Source: Vicugna vicugna (lineage: Eukaryota). From it: a stretch of DNA of 64,000 nucleotides. Shown here piece by piece: positions 37,584-50,262 of this stretch. Positions within the stretch are counted from its first letter, which is position 1, and each line of letters begins with the position of its first letter. Below the pieces are notes generated by a model. It was not told where the DNA came from and did not search any database. It saw nothing but the letters and a program-made list of their open reading frames with translations. The stretch is taken from positions 5,990,939 to 6,054,938 of the forward strand of contig MU058423.1 in NCBI GenBank assembly GCA_013265495.1. Reading direction: 5' to 3'. The position numbers were made by a program, and so were the translations under genes.

Positions 37584-40500
37584 AACATACAAGGGGAGAT
37601 GAATTTTAAAGGCAGATCAGGGCTGTATTATTCTTAGAATTGATTGCTCCATTTATGCACCCATTTCTTAACTGTCTACAAACAGATATTCAAATCTTGA
37701 CCTTTATTTTTTCTCCATACAGAAGAATACCTTCTCTGTTCATATGTAAAAATGCAAATCGATTGATTCAACAAAACATTTTTATAACATATTCTTAAAA
37801 TTAGCACTGTACTCTGATTGCTCACCCTCTAAATTCATTTATAGGCCTGACTGAAATTCAGAATTTCACTTCCTTGCCCTTTGATACATTTATTCATGTA
37901 TTTATTCTATTCATTCAACAATACAGGCAGATATGAATAAAGTATGACTCTTTGCAATCAAAGACCTGACAGATTAATTCTGGGGTAACAACGATAATAG
38001 ACTTTTCTTCTATTTGAAAGATGTGTATAGATTGATTGCAGACATGGAAAAGGAAACAGTGGGACAAAGTGTTGTGTGTAAGATGAAGTCTCAATTGTAG
38101 TTTATATTAATATTCGGTTTAGAACAAAAAGTATAAATGGGACAACAGTGGAAACTTCATGAAATCATTACCAATAAGACTTTGAAAGACAGTCTTCAGA
38201 TATGGGAGGTATGGTGAATATTGTGATGACTAAAGAAATCAGTTAAGCTATCTGTCAAGATAGTTTGTGGACAGACACTAAAAAGGTGAAATCAACCAGG
38301 AGCAAAGTCACATATTTGACGATATATCCCAATTTACTCATGAATGCCTTTCTGTGGTTCCTTTTTTGTCAATGCTTTCACAGCTATACTTTCTTAAGAA
38401 GAGTTATAGCTTAGTGTAGTCCTTGTGTTAAGCTTCTATCCTTCCTCCTTTGTGACTAAGACAAATGTTAGCTTTGGTGGGTCTATATTACTTAACGGCA
38501 GACATCTATCAGTTCATTCTGTAGTGCAGAATTGATACAATGCCATCTCTGAGCCTTAGTTGCACTTTTTTTTTTTTGTCATCCTACTTCCATAATAAGA
38601 AGCACTCAAAAATATCCACAACACATTTTTTAATAGGTAGATAAATGATATAGTTGGAAACCATTTTCTAAGGCTGTACTCAAAAGAACTAGCATTTGCA
38701 TGCATGATAATTATACTTTTCACCTATTGAGTAAATAAATCAGATTGCTTTTCTTTTATTTTCATGTATAAAAATAAAGGAGTGAATTAGTTGCAAGGTT
38801 TGAGAACTTTAATAAATTTTACTCATAGTTTTCACTCTGTAATAATAAATCATGATTCAATGTAATTAAAAATCATGTTTTTAATAATAGATCAAAATTG
38901 ACAAATTTTTAAATATAGACCTCTAATTTTAGAACAATATAATCAGTTCTTGGACTATACCTATTAAATAAGTATACTTATTGTTTTGATCATACATGGA
39001 ATAACTCCACTTAGTCATTGAGATAATACATTGAATATTTTATTGCAAGAATTCTCTGTATCACAGTTCTGACTATTTGGGAACATAAACATACTACATA
39101 ATGTAATTAAATTAAATATTGGATGTATTAAAACTATACTTATCTACAAAGAATAAATATTTTCCAGTTACGCTTACTGACACATTCTCAGATGAATAAC
39201 ATATTGTTGATTTTTCCCACATTTCATTTGGACTGTTTTATCCATTCAAATGACACATTAAAATTGTTTCACTCATGGTGCAAAAGGATGAAAAAGCGTA
39301 AACTCTATGCTAAAGACCAGCTGTCTAGAATGGTTATTTCTGAAGTATGTGTTGAGATAAGAAAATGCTGAATCTTAAGTGAATTAAGTTTCCATTAGAC
39401 ATCAACGCATAAAGAAATAATTCACAAAATCCAACATAATTAAATGTTTTATTATTGCCAAAGCAAATTTCTACTTTGTCATTTGGACTATCATTAGCTC
39501 CTTATAATTTTAATAATGCAAGAATTTCATTTAATGGTTTAAAAATGCATGTTTTATTTGTTAAATCAGAAGATGCTAAATGTTTGATCAAAACCCTGTA
39601 ACTTCACACCTAAATATTTATTTACTCAAAATTGCATCTTTTATTTTAAGTTTGCAAGATTTATACTCTTTGAGAGCATGGAAACCATTAATGCCAAGCA
39701 TGATTGGTTTTCAGTCCACTTTTCCCTTCTAGCTTGATGATGTGCTTTGTTTTCTTTAATTATGGCATGATGATTGGTTACTTGCACTGCTTCTGTTATG
39801 AACTGAGTTAGCCTCTTGGCCTTTCCCAACGAATAATCTGTCTTTTTGCCTTTCAAGTGTGTTTTCCTCCGTATAGAGTACTTAGGATTTATCACAGTGT
39901 TTATTTATTTATGTACTTATTTTTTGGCAGAACATGGTAAATGTAGCATGAGAAAGCCATCAGCTTATATAAGAAAATTTATAAAACCCTCTTACCTATA
40001 TCTACTAAATACTAGTATAAAACTCTACAAAGCAATATAACACAAAATGTAGTAAATAGCATATTAAATAATCCACAGTATAAAAATATAGATTTTTCTT
40101 TTTTTTTTTTTGAGACAAAGAAAGTTGTAAGCTTATTCAGACATAGGAACACTTTTTCGTATTTTTGTCCTTTTAGATTTAACCTACGTAGCACTGTGTT
40201 GAGCTCAAATGTGTAAGTTACTTAAAACTTCTGCATTTTTTATTGTTTTGTAGTCTTTACACTCCCACTCCCACATAGTCTGTTATGAAACATTTTTTTT
40301 TGTAAAGTAACTATGCTTTTATAACACTCATGGAATTTTAGTATAAACAGAAGGAATTCTAAATTCCTAAGAGTTTAAACATTTCCCCTGTCAGTGTATT
40401 TCTACCCTTCCCCTCTGGTTTTAATGTTCCTTTAAAAAATAAGCTAATTAAAGACTTAAATAGGACACAAAGGACTTTGAACAGGTTTTACTTCCCTGTG

Positions 40501-42059
40501 ATAGTATTTTAAATTACATGAAGCATCTTGCACTTATTACAAAGCTAGGATGCTTGCAATTCTTTGTAAGAATAGACTGCCCCAGAAGGGCTGCTTAATG
40601 AAACAATGGCATCTCTTCAAGGAACATGTATGGCTAAACAACTAAATAGAACTTAATATAGCATAAATATTTTTAAGTGTTATCTGTCAATATGTGTGTA
40701 TACAAAGTACACACATATATACTTATATATTTGTATGCCATTGTAATAGTCTAAACAACATAATAATTTTTTTAGTAAACTATCACTAATTGCACTGATA
40801 GTAGGGGTATAATTTTGTCATTGATGTGAGGCTGAGGGCAAAGAATAATTAGATTGGCATAGTGTTTCCTCCTGATTCAGGATTTGTAAGGTCCTTAGAG
40901 AACATTGGTAACAACCTTTCAGAAGTAGTGATTACAAAGTGAGATGCTCTGCATATTAACTACAGGTTTTGACCCAAGAGGATGTAGGAAAAAAAATCTA
41001 ACATATTAAGGAAAAAAATGGAGGGAAGCCAAGAATGCTTTGGGGGTGGGAGTCAAACAATTGTCTTTGAATGTAATGATTAAGATGCTCTTGGGCTGAA
41101 GCAAGTTATGTTGCTGACATTCCAAGGCAGAAACAAGGAAGAAATCAATGATTTCACTCCTTTAACAATTTACTAGTTCTCCAAGTGGAAATGTAGGTTC
41201 TGAAAGGTGAGATTTTTATCAATGTACAGTATTGTTGTTGATTATAAGACTAAGTGCTGTTTATATTAAAATAGAAAGACTGAGTTTTAAGAATAAAGAG
41301 TATTTTAGAAAGAAGTATGTATGGCTATGACGAGATAAACACCTCATTTTAAAATCTTAGAAAACCACAAAATGTAACATTATTAGTATGAAAAAGTCAT
41401 GTTATAAAATGTTGGATATGTGTGAAAGATGACATTTTTACTTCAGTTTGAATACATAGCACTTGCATTTGTGAAAGTACATGAATATGGGAAAAAACAA
41501 ACCTTTCCTATTACTATTTATTTTGATAATTCTTTTATGCAGAATGTTATTATGTGCCCAGAGTTTTAATATAGTACCTAAGAACTAATAAATAAGAGGA
41601 GGATTATGTGATTAAGGTCTGATTTTATATATAAAGATGTCTTGTCTTAATTTCCTAGATATCATTAATCATTATTATCCAAATGTAACAAAATATTTTC
41701 AATATGTTTTGGAGTATTTTGATATACCAAAAAGACATTTATATTCCATAATCTGGAATAAATACTACACAGAACAGTTATATTTATTTAACAGAATATC
41801 TTTATCAAATATCATTTATTTAGTTTATATTAACTTATCACTAAGTACTATGACATTCACTAAGTACATATTAGATACACAAGAAAAAATAAGACTAAAG
41901 TGCCTGGCTTATTCAAAAATAAACAAGGAAACCTAATTACTTATTTTATTGATTTTTTAAAATTGAAGTATAGTTGATTTACAATATTGTGTTGCAGTTT
42001 AAAAATATCTAAACAAGCAATTGATATATGTGGAGAAGGATATGCCAGATATGCTGATT

Positions 42060-42515
42060 AATCTCTGCATTCCACTACATCGGGAAATTATCTTTCTGGA
42101 TGTTTGTCATGAGGGCTGATATCTACAGATTGCTTCACCAGGGACATCTTGCACTTGGTATCCGGTGGTTTATGCCAGTAGGAATCACCAAGAGGAGAAT
42201 GCAGTGAAAGGAATAGGGTCCTGCATTTATTTATACCTGGATCCTTCCTATCTGATTGTAGTTCTGGAAATAGTTCATCTACTGCCAAATTTTCTATTTG
42301 ATGGCCTCTTTACTAGAAGAGTAGCTCTTTCTAGATTCCATAACTCTGTTTTTTCCTTTACTCCTGTAACTCTAAGGACAATAATCATTTCTTACTGTTG
42401 CAGGTCATTCACACAATTTGACTGGGCCAATATTCTACTTGCTTAGGGAAATAAATACAGGTGGTTCATGGAACACAGTATCATCACATTGTCCAAATTA
42501 TTACTGATCCTGATT
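42060..42515 (+). mobile_element. ERVL LTR (LTR33-like)
   Basis: gattgcttcaccagggacatcttgcacttggtatccggtggtttatgccagtaggaatcaccaagaggaga resembles LTR33. Confidence 0.55.
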
Positions 42516-42619
42516 TGAGACTGAATGCAGATAAAGGTCAAGGTGTAGGGGAATTGAAAGGCTGGAGCTTTTAGTCGCTATGGCAACCATGATGATTACA
42601 GAGGCTGTGGAGTAGGCTG

Positions 42620-42620
<1 letters not shown>

Positions 42621-42654
<34 letters not shown>
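42621..42654. repeat. (AC)17 microsatellite
   Basis: Directly visible. Confidence 0.98.
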
Positions 42655-42657
<3 letters not shown>

Positions 42658-42754
42658 ACATAAGGCATAGAAGTCCTGACTCAAGTATTGAGCAGAGAAT
42701 TTTTAAGTGCACCAGAAATTATAAAGTAAAGAACATTTTTTAGGAATAATTTAT

Positions 42755-43010
42755 TTTTTGCTGAAAGTAAGAAGAAATTTGACTAATAGTGACTTAAACA
42801 AGTAGGGGCTTACTTTTCTCTCAAAAGTCTAGAGTAGGTTCAGCAGCTCATTGTTATCAAAGCTGCTGTCTCTGAAAATCTTAAATTTTTTTACCCATGA
42901 TTGCAGCATTGTTGCTGAACATCCAATTATCACTTTGATTTTTAAAGTAAATTTTAAAAAGGGCTGAACAAGTTCAACTGAATCTGTCCCTTTCATGAAA
43001 GCTTTAAAAA
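42755..43010 (-). mobile_element. Old MaLR LTR fragment (MLT1J/K/L-like)
   Basis: gactaatagtgacttaaacaag...aagtctagagtaggttcagcagctca. Confidence 0.55.
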
Positions 43011-43749
43011 ATCCAGAGTATGATGCTAAAGTTCAAATTTTGAAAGCAAACAAAAGGAATGTCTTATACCTTTAATGGCTACAAAAATGCAAAAAATAAG
43101 TAAGAGAAGTACAAAATTATTATTGAGAATATGCTACAATTGTAGTGCTTTACTGTATATGTAATATATTTTTCTTTAAAAGAAAGATATCTGAAGAAAC
43201 GACAATTTTAATGAGCTGAATTTCAGTTGATGGTAACTTATTTTTTATATTTTTCATTATATGGAATATATTATAATTAATAAAACAAAGTTTGTTTTAG
43301 TCTTTTTTTAATCCCTAAATAAAAGATAGCCTTAGATTTAAAAAATAAAATTGGATTTCCTATTTTCAGAAAAATAAGAGACTGAGAGCAGGGAAACATT
43401 TTCGTCTCAGTCCATCAAGGTAGCAGAAAAACAGAGCTTGTTAATGTCAGTGTTGTACAACCTTGCTTGGAGCTGACATCTATAATCTGCTGACACCTAT
43501 GGAGCTGACTCTTTGATCATCCTAGAGGACATGAAAAGAATTAGGAAATAGCTCAAGCACAATCACCACAACCTGTCTGGGAATAACTGGTTCAGCATAT
43601 ATGCTTAAAAAAATTAATCATTAGTAAACAGACAGAAGTCAATTATGCAGTTACATTCTCTTTCTCCTAACCCCAATAAAAATAAAATGTTCACTACCTT
43701 GAAAAAAATGTAAGAAAATACATCATTTTTATTTGTATTTTTTACAAAT

Positions 43750-44360
43750 ATTTTACATAAAATAAAAGAGAGTATTCTAGAAAATATAAAGTATGCATCC
43801 TCAAACTGGATACCCCAAAAGTTATATATAAAATAAAGCAAAAAGTAACTCAGGAGATAAGAACACATTAGAGATGAAAAAGGGCATGATTTTTTAAAGA
43901 CTGAAAAAACTATATATAAAAACTAAAAATCAAATGAGAGGCAGAGGAACAAAATTGAAAGGGTAGAAAACTAAATGAATAATGTAAACCTGGTGATATT
44001 TCCACAAATATAGACTAGAATAAGAATTGTTAATAAAGATAGAGAAAAAATACAACAAATAGTAAAAATAGTCATTAAGGAATATACCAGAATAGATAAA
44101 TGAAACAGAAGTAATGTTCAAAGATATAAAAAAAGACAAATTTCATGAGCTGAAAGAAAACATTGATTATGTAAATCATCTTGCCTTGCTTTAAAAGTTT
44201 TAAAAAGTAAGCAATCCTCATGGACATATGCATTCTTTTAAAATATCAATTATGAAAATTAAGAAACAATACTACGAATGTTGAAGGAAGAAACAAGACA
44301 ATGGCAAAAGAACAGAATGAAGGCTGCCTCAGATAATTTCTGCAGTATTAACTACAGTTA
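43750..44360 (+). mobile_element. Degraded L1 ORF1/HAL1-like fragment
   Basis: A-rich with aaagacaaatttcatgagctgaaag and aatgaaggctgcctcagat motifs. Confidence 0.45.
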
Positions 44361-46119
44361 AGTAGTGTAGAATAATTCTGGTTCTATCTTTCTTTGTTTG
44401 GTTTTTGCTCCTAGAGCTTAGTTTCTCAAATATGATTAAAAAAAAAGAGTTGGACTAGATATACTGTCAGAAATATCATGTTTTCATTTTCAGTATCAAT
44501 GGAGGATATTATTTTTACTAAATTCATGGGATCAATGGGGCATGAAATTTGTTTCTGTCACTTTATGCAGAAGTTGAGAATACTTCAGCAGAATGATGCT
44601 CTTCATTTTACTAAGGAATGATTGTCATTAAATTATTTCTTATTTCTCAACTAATCTTATTTGCAGTTGATGGTGTGGCATATAAGGATGTGTTAAAATA
44701 ATTTATAATACAAGAGAGGGAAAACAACTATTAACTATTTTTAGTTAAATTGTAAATATTGACATACCTTAACCACCACAAAAATAATATAACGGATAAT
44801 CATATGTTCATCCCTCAGATTCAACAGATACTAAAACATCACCATATTTGTTTTAAAAAATAAAATGTTAAAGATAAGGCTAGCATTACTCCGCTCCATT
44901 ATTAAATGGGTATCTGTTATATTATTTTCTTGAGTGATGAAATTACATAGTTATTAACAATTCAATTTTTAAAAAGCATTTCTTTCATACTCCCTTTTAA
45001 ACATTTGAATATAAGGATAGCAATGAGATACTTGAGAGAATACCTATATGAAAATATTTTTAGCAGGACAGGCTTACTCTATTTGGATTGCTTATTGTAA
45101 ATAACCTGGAAAATGTGGATTTATGGGCTAGAGCTATTTAGAAATTGAAAGTATGAGCTAAGAAGCCCAACCTTAACTGTGTCCTCAGAGTTTGCTCTCT
45201 CTACATTTGGGTTGTCTTTACTCCAAAACCAAGATGTGTCCTGATGGGTTGTTTGGAAATTGAACCTGACAGTTCAGAGCCTTCTTAAAGCAGATGCTTC
45301 CATATCTGTGTCTACTTTTTGTACTTACTTCTCACTATTCTTTAGTAAAGTTTTTTTGAAATAAGATCTATGACTCCTATGAGGTTACTCTTTTGTGTCA
45401 CTGCAACTTAAAACCAGCCCTCATCAGCAAGTAGATTATCTTGAAACAAATCCTATCCACAATAAATAACAATGAAAAGCCATAAATATTTGGAAAAGAT
45501 TATGATATAAAATGTATGGTACTCAAATAACCAACCTACAAATGTTCCCTGGAAAATTTAAATTACTTGAGTAAAGCAATAAGGAGATTTCTAGAATGAG
45601 AAATGAGAAATTGGACATTATAAAGATATCACCTAATGCTAAATTATTTAGAGATTAATGCAATTCCAATAAAACTTCATGCTAGATGGTAATTTTAACT
45701 TGAAACAACTCTCACCGAATGCAGATAGAGAACAGAATAAGAGTAGATAGAAAAGAAATCTGTGAAAAATAATTCTTATGATTTCCTACCAAACTGTCAA
45801 AACCTGGCAGGATATTGGACATTCTAGTTGTGTCTAGCACATAATTTCAGTGCAATGGCCAGAAAGAGATGCCATCTAAAGATTTAGTAGAAATGGTCTA
45901 CAAAGCAACTGAAGACAATACAGAAGGACAGTGTTACCAGATTAAGGATAATTAAGAAACTATATGTTTCAAAAATAAGGATGCTTGTAAAAATAATCTC
46001 AAAATTTTTTTTCATAGGAATGCACCTAAGATTTACTACCAAAATCATTGACAGTATGTCTTAGAATTAGGTCCCCTAGGCTAACAGTGTAATGCTGATA
46101 AGAACATATACGTCTCAAC

Positions 46120-46410
46120 TCAAGAATTACCTCTTTAAGTCACACTCTTTTGGAGACCCACAAATTAGGTTATTTGGACTCTTTTTTTAAATTAATTTAA
46201 CACATGAATACACACCTATCTTAGCATGTATCAAGCAATAATGTGTCTATTTGCTCTCCTCTGTCAAAACACTCTGGCATCTTGTGGTGCAGAGGCTATT
46301 TCTTTCAAAAATTGCTCTCACTAATATATCCCAATGCACAGCAGAGTGAGATAAAATAGGGGCTAAATAAATTTGTATCCTGTTAATCAAAGCATGAATG
46401 GATAAACAGT
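46120..46410 (+). mobile_element. L2 3' end
   Basis: atatcccaatgcacagcagagtg...ggggctaaataaatttgt...atgaatggataaa. Confidence 0.55.
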
Positions 46411-48013
46411 AAAGGATTATCATTTCCTGATTTTAGTAGTGAACATGGCATAAACTTACATTTCATTCTTATAGAAAGGTTTAGTCATAAATATTAGTTA
46501 TCACATTTTACAGAAGAGGAAATTGAGTTATGCCAATGTAATTAGCTGTTTAAAGTCATTTGAATTTCAACCTCATGATGATTTGGAGTTCAAACACATG
46601 ACCTTTAAAAAATCCTAATAACGTGGACAGAGGAATTCAACAGATAACCTCCCTCAAACATATTTTAAAGTAGAAAAGAATTTAACAAATAATAAAGTAG
46701 AAACCCAAATTAGTAGGAGTGAAAGATAATATTTATTGAATAACACTGGAGATATTGGCTTGAAATGTGAGAAAATGAATTAATTTAAATAATTATCTCA
46801 CACCTTTCAATAGAAATAAATTTAATTTGATTGAAGATTACATTTTAAAGCAAGCAAATAAAATTAAAATAAATGCCATATCTCTTAGATGTATTGAAAA
46901 CTAGAAGTGGTAGAATTTATTAAGGAAAATATAATAAAATATGGATGTATATTTTATTATCTGTTCTTTTTTATGTTTTTAAAATAAAAACAACACAGAG
47001 GGTAAAAATGTATAATTGTAAATAAGTTGGTGGCAAGATAATGAAAGATAACTTATTTTTAATTATAAGTTATGAAGTATACAATTTATATATATCAGTA
47101 AATTCTTAGAAAGGAACTGTACCTGACAAGCAGGTATGAATTTAAGGGCCAGTGAAGAATAGTTGCAAGTGGAAGGTGTAAGTGAACGAATGCACAGAAT
47201 TTCAATGCTGTGTAGATGTTTGAAGTAAACAGCAAATAGTCCAGACCACCAAGTCATCAGTGTTAAGTGAGATGCCAGAGCCCAATTTAAAAACTTAATT
47301 TTTGTCTTCTTTGTTAAAGTAATAGTACCATGAGAAAAATATTATGAACTTTACAATTACAAGCAACTAAATGCCTGTGCAAAACAACTACCATGAAGAC
47401 AAATGAAAATCAGAAAAATAAAAGGGATGAATCCTATAAGGAGAATATGTCAAGGAAATATATCAAGGGAAAAATTCTATAGGGATATAAATTTGTCTAG
47501 AATGAAGGATAAGATAAAGTCTGTAATTAAACACTAAAAATGTATCTGTGAGAGTTTACACTACCTCATATATTATTTGTGGAATATAGGTAAGGTGGAG
47601 GAAACACTACTCATATTTTTCCATGTGGATTCCTGAATACTATTCAAATATTCTGTGTATTTTAATAACCAGATAAATGAAACATAAAGACATTTTCCCT
47701 AAAAATAAGAGATACTGTTGTTATCAGTTCATTTATCATCTCAAGTTCTTGTGAGCAGTCAAAGCAGAAAATCTATTTCTCTCTTGTGTGAACAATATTC
47801 CTTCTACTTCTGTCTTACCTTTGGCTGGAGTCTCTGCAAATTCATTTGAAAAATTGGTTTGTCAGTTCTACATTTCAATTCTGTGGGCTGCTGCTATAAA
47901 AGGACAGGTAATTTGCTCAGCGGAACAGTGGAATCTGTGGCAGTAGTTGTCATACTAATGGCTAATTCAGGAGACCACAAGTCCTTTAAACAAGTCTCTG
48001 CTGTGAGATGTGT

Positions 48014-48014
<1 letters not shown>

Positions 48015-48044
<30 letters not shown>
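48015..48044. repeat. (CA)n microsatellite
   Basis: Directly visible. Confidence 0.98.
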
Positions 48045-48047
<3 letters not shown>

Positions 48048-48167
48048 ATTATACATACATAGAGATCATCATTACTAAGTGAACTAGAATACATACAATA
48101 GAGTTTGTAAGAAATACCTTTTGATATTCCGACAAAATATTCCAAGGCTTTCATATGCTTCTCATAC

Positions 48168-48610
48168 CTATCTTAGGTCAGATTCTTTAGAGAATGTCCA
48201 AAAATGGAGATTTGTATGTAAAAGTCTATTGGAAGTAGCCTTGAGATCAACACAGGTGGAGTCACCAAAGTGGGAGGACAGAGTAGAAAGAAGAGTGGAG
48301 CTGTGATGCACAGCAATGAAGACCTCACTGATGGCATAGGGAGTTAGTCTGAGAGCTGACATGGCCTTCCGTAGTCATTCATCTCCAAAGGAGTCATTCT
48401 AGGCTTCCTATGCTATATGAAGCAGTCTTCGGATGCAGGCAGCTTCTAAAATAGGAGCCTGACCTTGGGTAAGCAGCTCTCTTCTGCTGAAAACAATGTC
48501 TGGACAGGGACTTGGCTAAGGGATATTAACATCACTCACTCAACAGCTGGGGAAATGAGCATCTCAGTTCCAGAGGGAGGTTTTGGATGATGCACCAAAG
48601 CATCGACTTC
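48168..48610 (-). mobile_element. ERVL LTR (LTR33/LTR16-group)
   Basis: tcttaggtcagattctttagag...gagctgtgatgca...ctgaccttgggtaagcagctctcttctgctga...cagctggggaaatgag. Confidence 0.75.
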
Positions 48611-49650
48611 CGTCCACCTTTTGTGACTCACGGATTCATTTGCCCTCATACAAGAAGTTCTCGAAATATCTCCTCCAGTATCCTGATCAGACTCATTTCC
48701 TGAATAAACTTACAAGGGGAACGTTAGTGAGACCTGTACCTTTAAATCTGTTCTCAAGGTCACAACTGAGATTCTTTGTCTGCCTCATATTATCCATTCT
48801 AAAAATCTCTTCACCCTCAGCCAGCGTTGCTGCTGGTTTAGGTGGCTTCCCTGATGGCATAATCCAGAACCTGACCTGTGAGTGGTCTGAACCCCTGATC
48901 ACTAGGTCTTAGCTGAGGCACTTGCCCATTTACCATGAAACTAAGGCAAAGGAGTCCCACGAGATGAGTGCATCATCGGGGTGCCAAATTTTTTCCTGCC
49001 CTTATTGTGTAATGATAGCCTGCCTGCCAGGATGGTAATTTTTTTCTTAGCTTGAAATGATCATATGGCAGCTTAAAGGTTAGAGGGACACTTGTTTTGC
49101 CCCTGGCGGAGGAATTCTTTACGTGGAACCGGAATCTCTAAGTTGCCAGAGTTCAATGTGCTGGCGATATAAATCACAAATTCCCTGAAATGGATTACCC
49201 AGTATGATGATAAACAGAGACACTCATGCTTCCATCTTTGCTTTCTGTTTCCTGGGGAAATAGCATCACATATCATGTTCATTAATTTAGTGGACATTCA
49301 ATGTCCTGGAGAATAGCACTCTATCCTTGCATGACATGATCTCCAAAAGGACAGCTGAACTGAACCTTCAAAAGACCATTTTCACACTCGATAGAGAGGC
49401 CAATGTTCTGGGTGGTGCTAAATGTAAAATAGGACCAACAAATTCCAATTCATCCATCCACTACTGCATCTTTTCATTAGTGTAAAATAAGTCTTTTATA
49501 TCATGAAGGATTTTGTGTAATGGGGAATGTTATAAAGGATTCTGCGTCAGTGGATAAAACTTTACATTGTCTTTGGTTAATGGTGCTTGGCTAAGGTCTT
49601 GTGGGCAGGAAAGGAAAACCATCATTGGAATTTGTATTAGACTACTGTAA
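48611..49650 (-). mobile_element. ERV-L internal 3' region (integrase end/dUTPase remnant)
   Basis: Abuts the LTR. ORF 48693-48902 RGSDHSQVRFWIMPSGKPPKPAATLAEGE matches the ERV-L motif GPDPSGMKVWVTPPGKKPRPAEVLAEG. Confidence 0.75.
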
Positions 49651-49719
49651 AATAATCATACAGTCCCTAAATAAAAGTGTGGTGGCAGCTTCTAGCATGG
49701 TCAGTCACAATTCCATGAA

Positions 49720-49900
49720 TTCAACTGATAAGGAAGTGAGTCCAAATAAATGTAGACACTTTATTACTCATAGTGATACTCAGATGACATAGGTTCCCTT
49801 TGACCACAGATCCCATGGGGGCAATGTAGATCTGGGGGCCCAAGTGCACACAGATAGACAGTGTCACAGCTGAGGAACAGCAAGCTTAGAAATTACTCAT
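49720..49900 (-). mobile_element. ERVL LTR fragment (MER74/MER88-like)
   Basis: actttattactca...cccatgggggcaatgtagat...gtgtcacagctgaggaacagcaagcttag. Confidence 0.5.
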
Positions 49901-49913
49901 GTTTAAAATTATA

Positions 49914-50056
49914 TTTTTATTTTTTATTAACTAATTTTTGTAGGAGAAGGTAATTAGGTTTATTCATCGACTTATTTAATGGAGGTACTGGGGCTTGAAC
50001 CTAGGACTTCATGCATGCTAGGCATGCACTCTACCACTGAGCTACAATCTGCCCCC
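49914..50056 (-). mobile_element. tRNA-derived SINE (camelid vic-1 type)
   Basis: Reverse complement of the 23717 SINE: ggtaattaggtttatt...ggaggtactggggcttgaacctaggac...gcactctaccactgagcta. Confidence 0.9.
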
Positions 50057-50079
50057 TACCCCACCACTGTCTGGCATAT

Positions 50080-50262
50080 TGCCTTCTTGTGATTAAATTG
50101 GCCTCACCAAGATAATCCAGAACAATGTCTCCATCTCAAGATCCTTAACCTTATCACATCCACAAAGTTCCTTTTGCCATGTAAGGTAAGGTATTTATAG
50201 GTTTGGGGGATTAGGATGTGGATATCTTTGTTGGGCACTATTCAACCCTTCAGCCTACCATC
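50080..50262 (-). mobile_element. MaLR LTR 5' part (MLT1D/E-like)
   Basis: ataatccagaacaatgtctccatctcaagatccttaac...ttttgccatgtaaggtaa...gggattaggatgtggatatctttg. Confidence 0.8.

Noticed and set aside
41637..41936. 99-aa and similar 60-130 aa ORFs across the AT-rich regions
   Set aside because: Compositionally biased, often inside repeats, with no homology or splice support.
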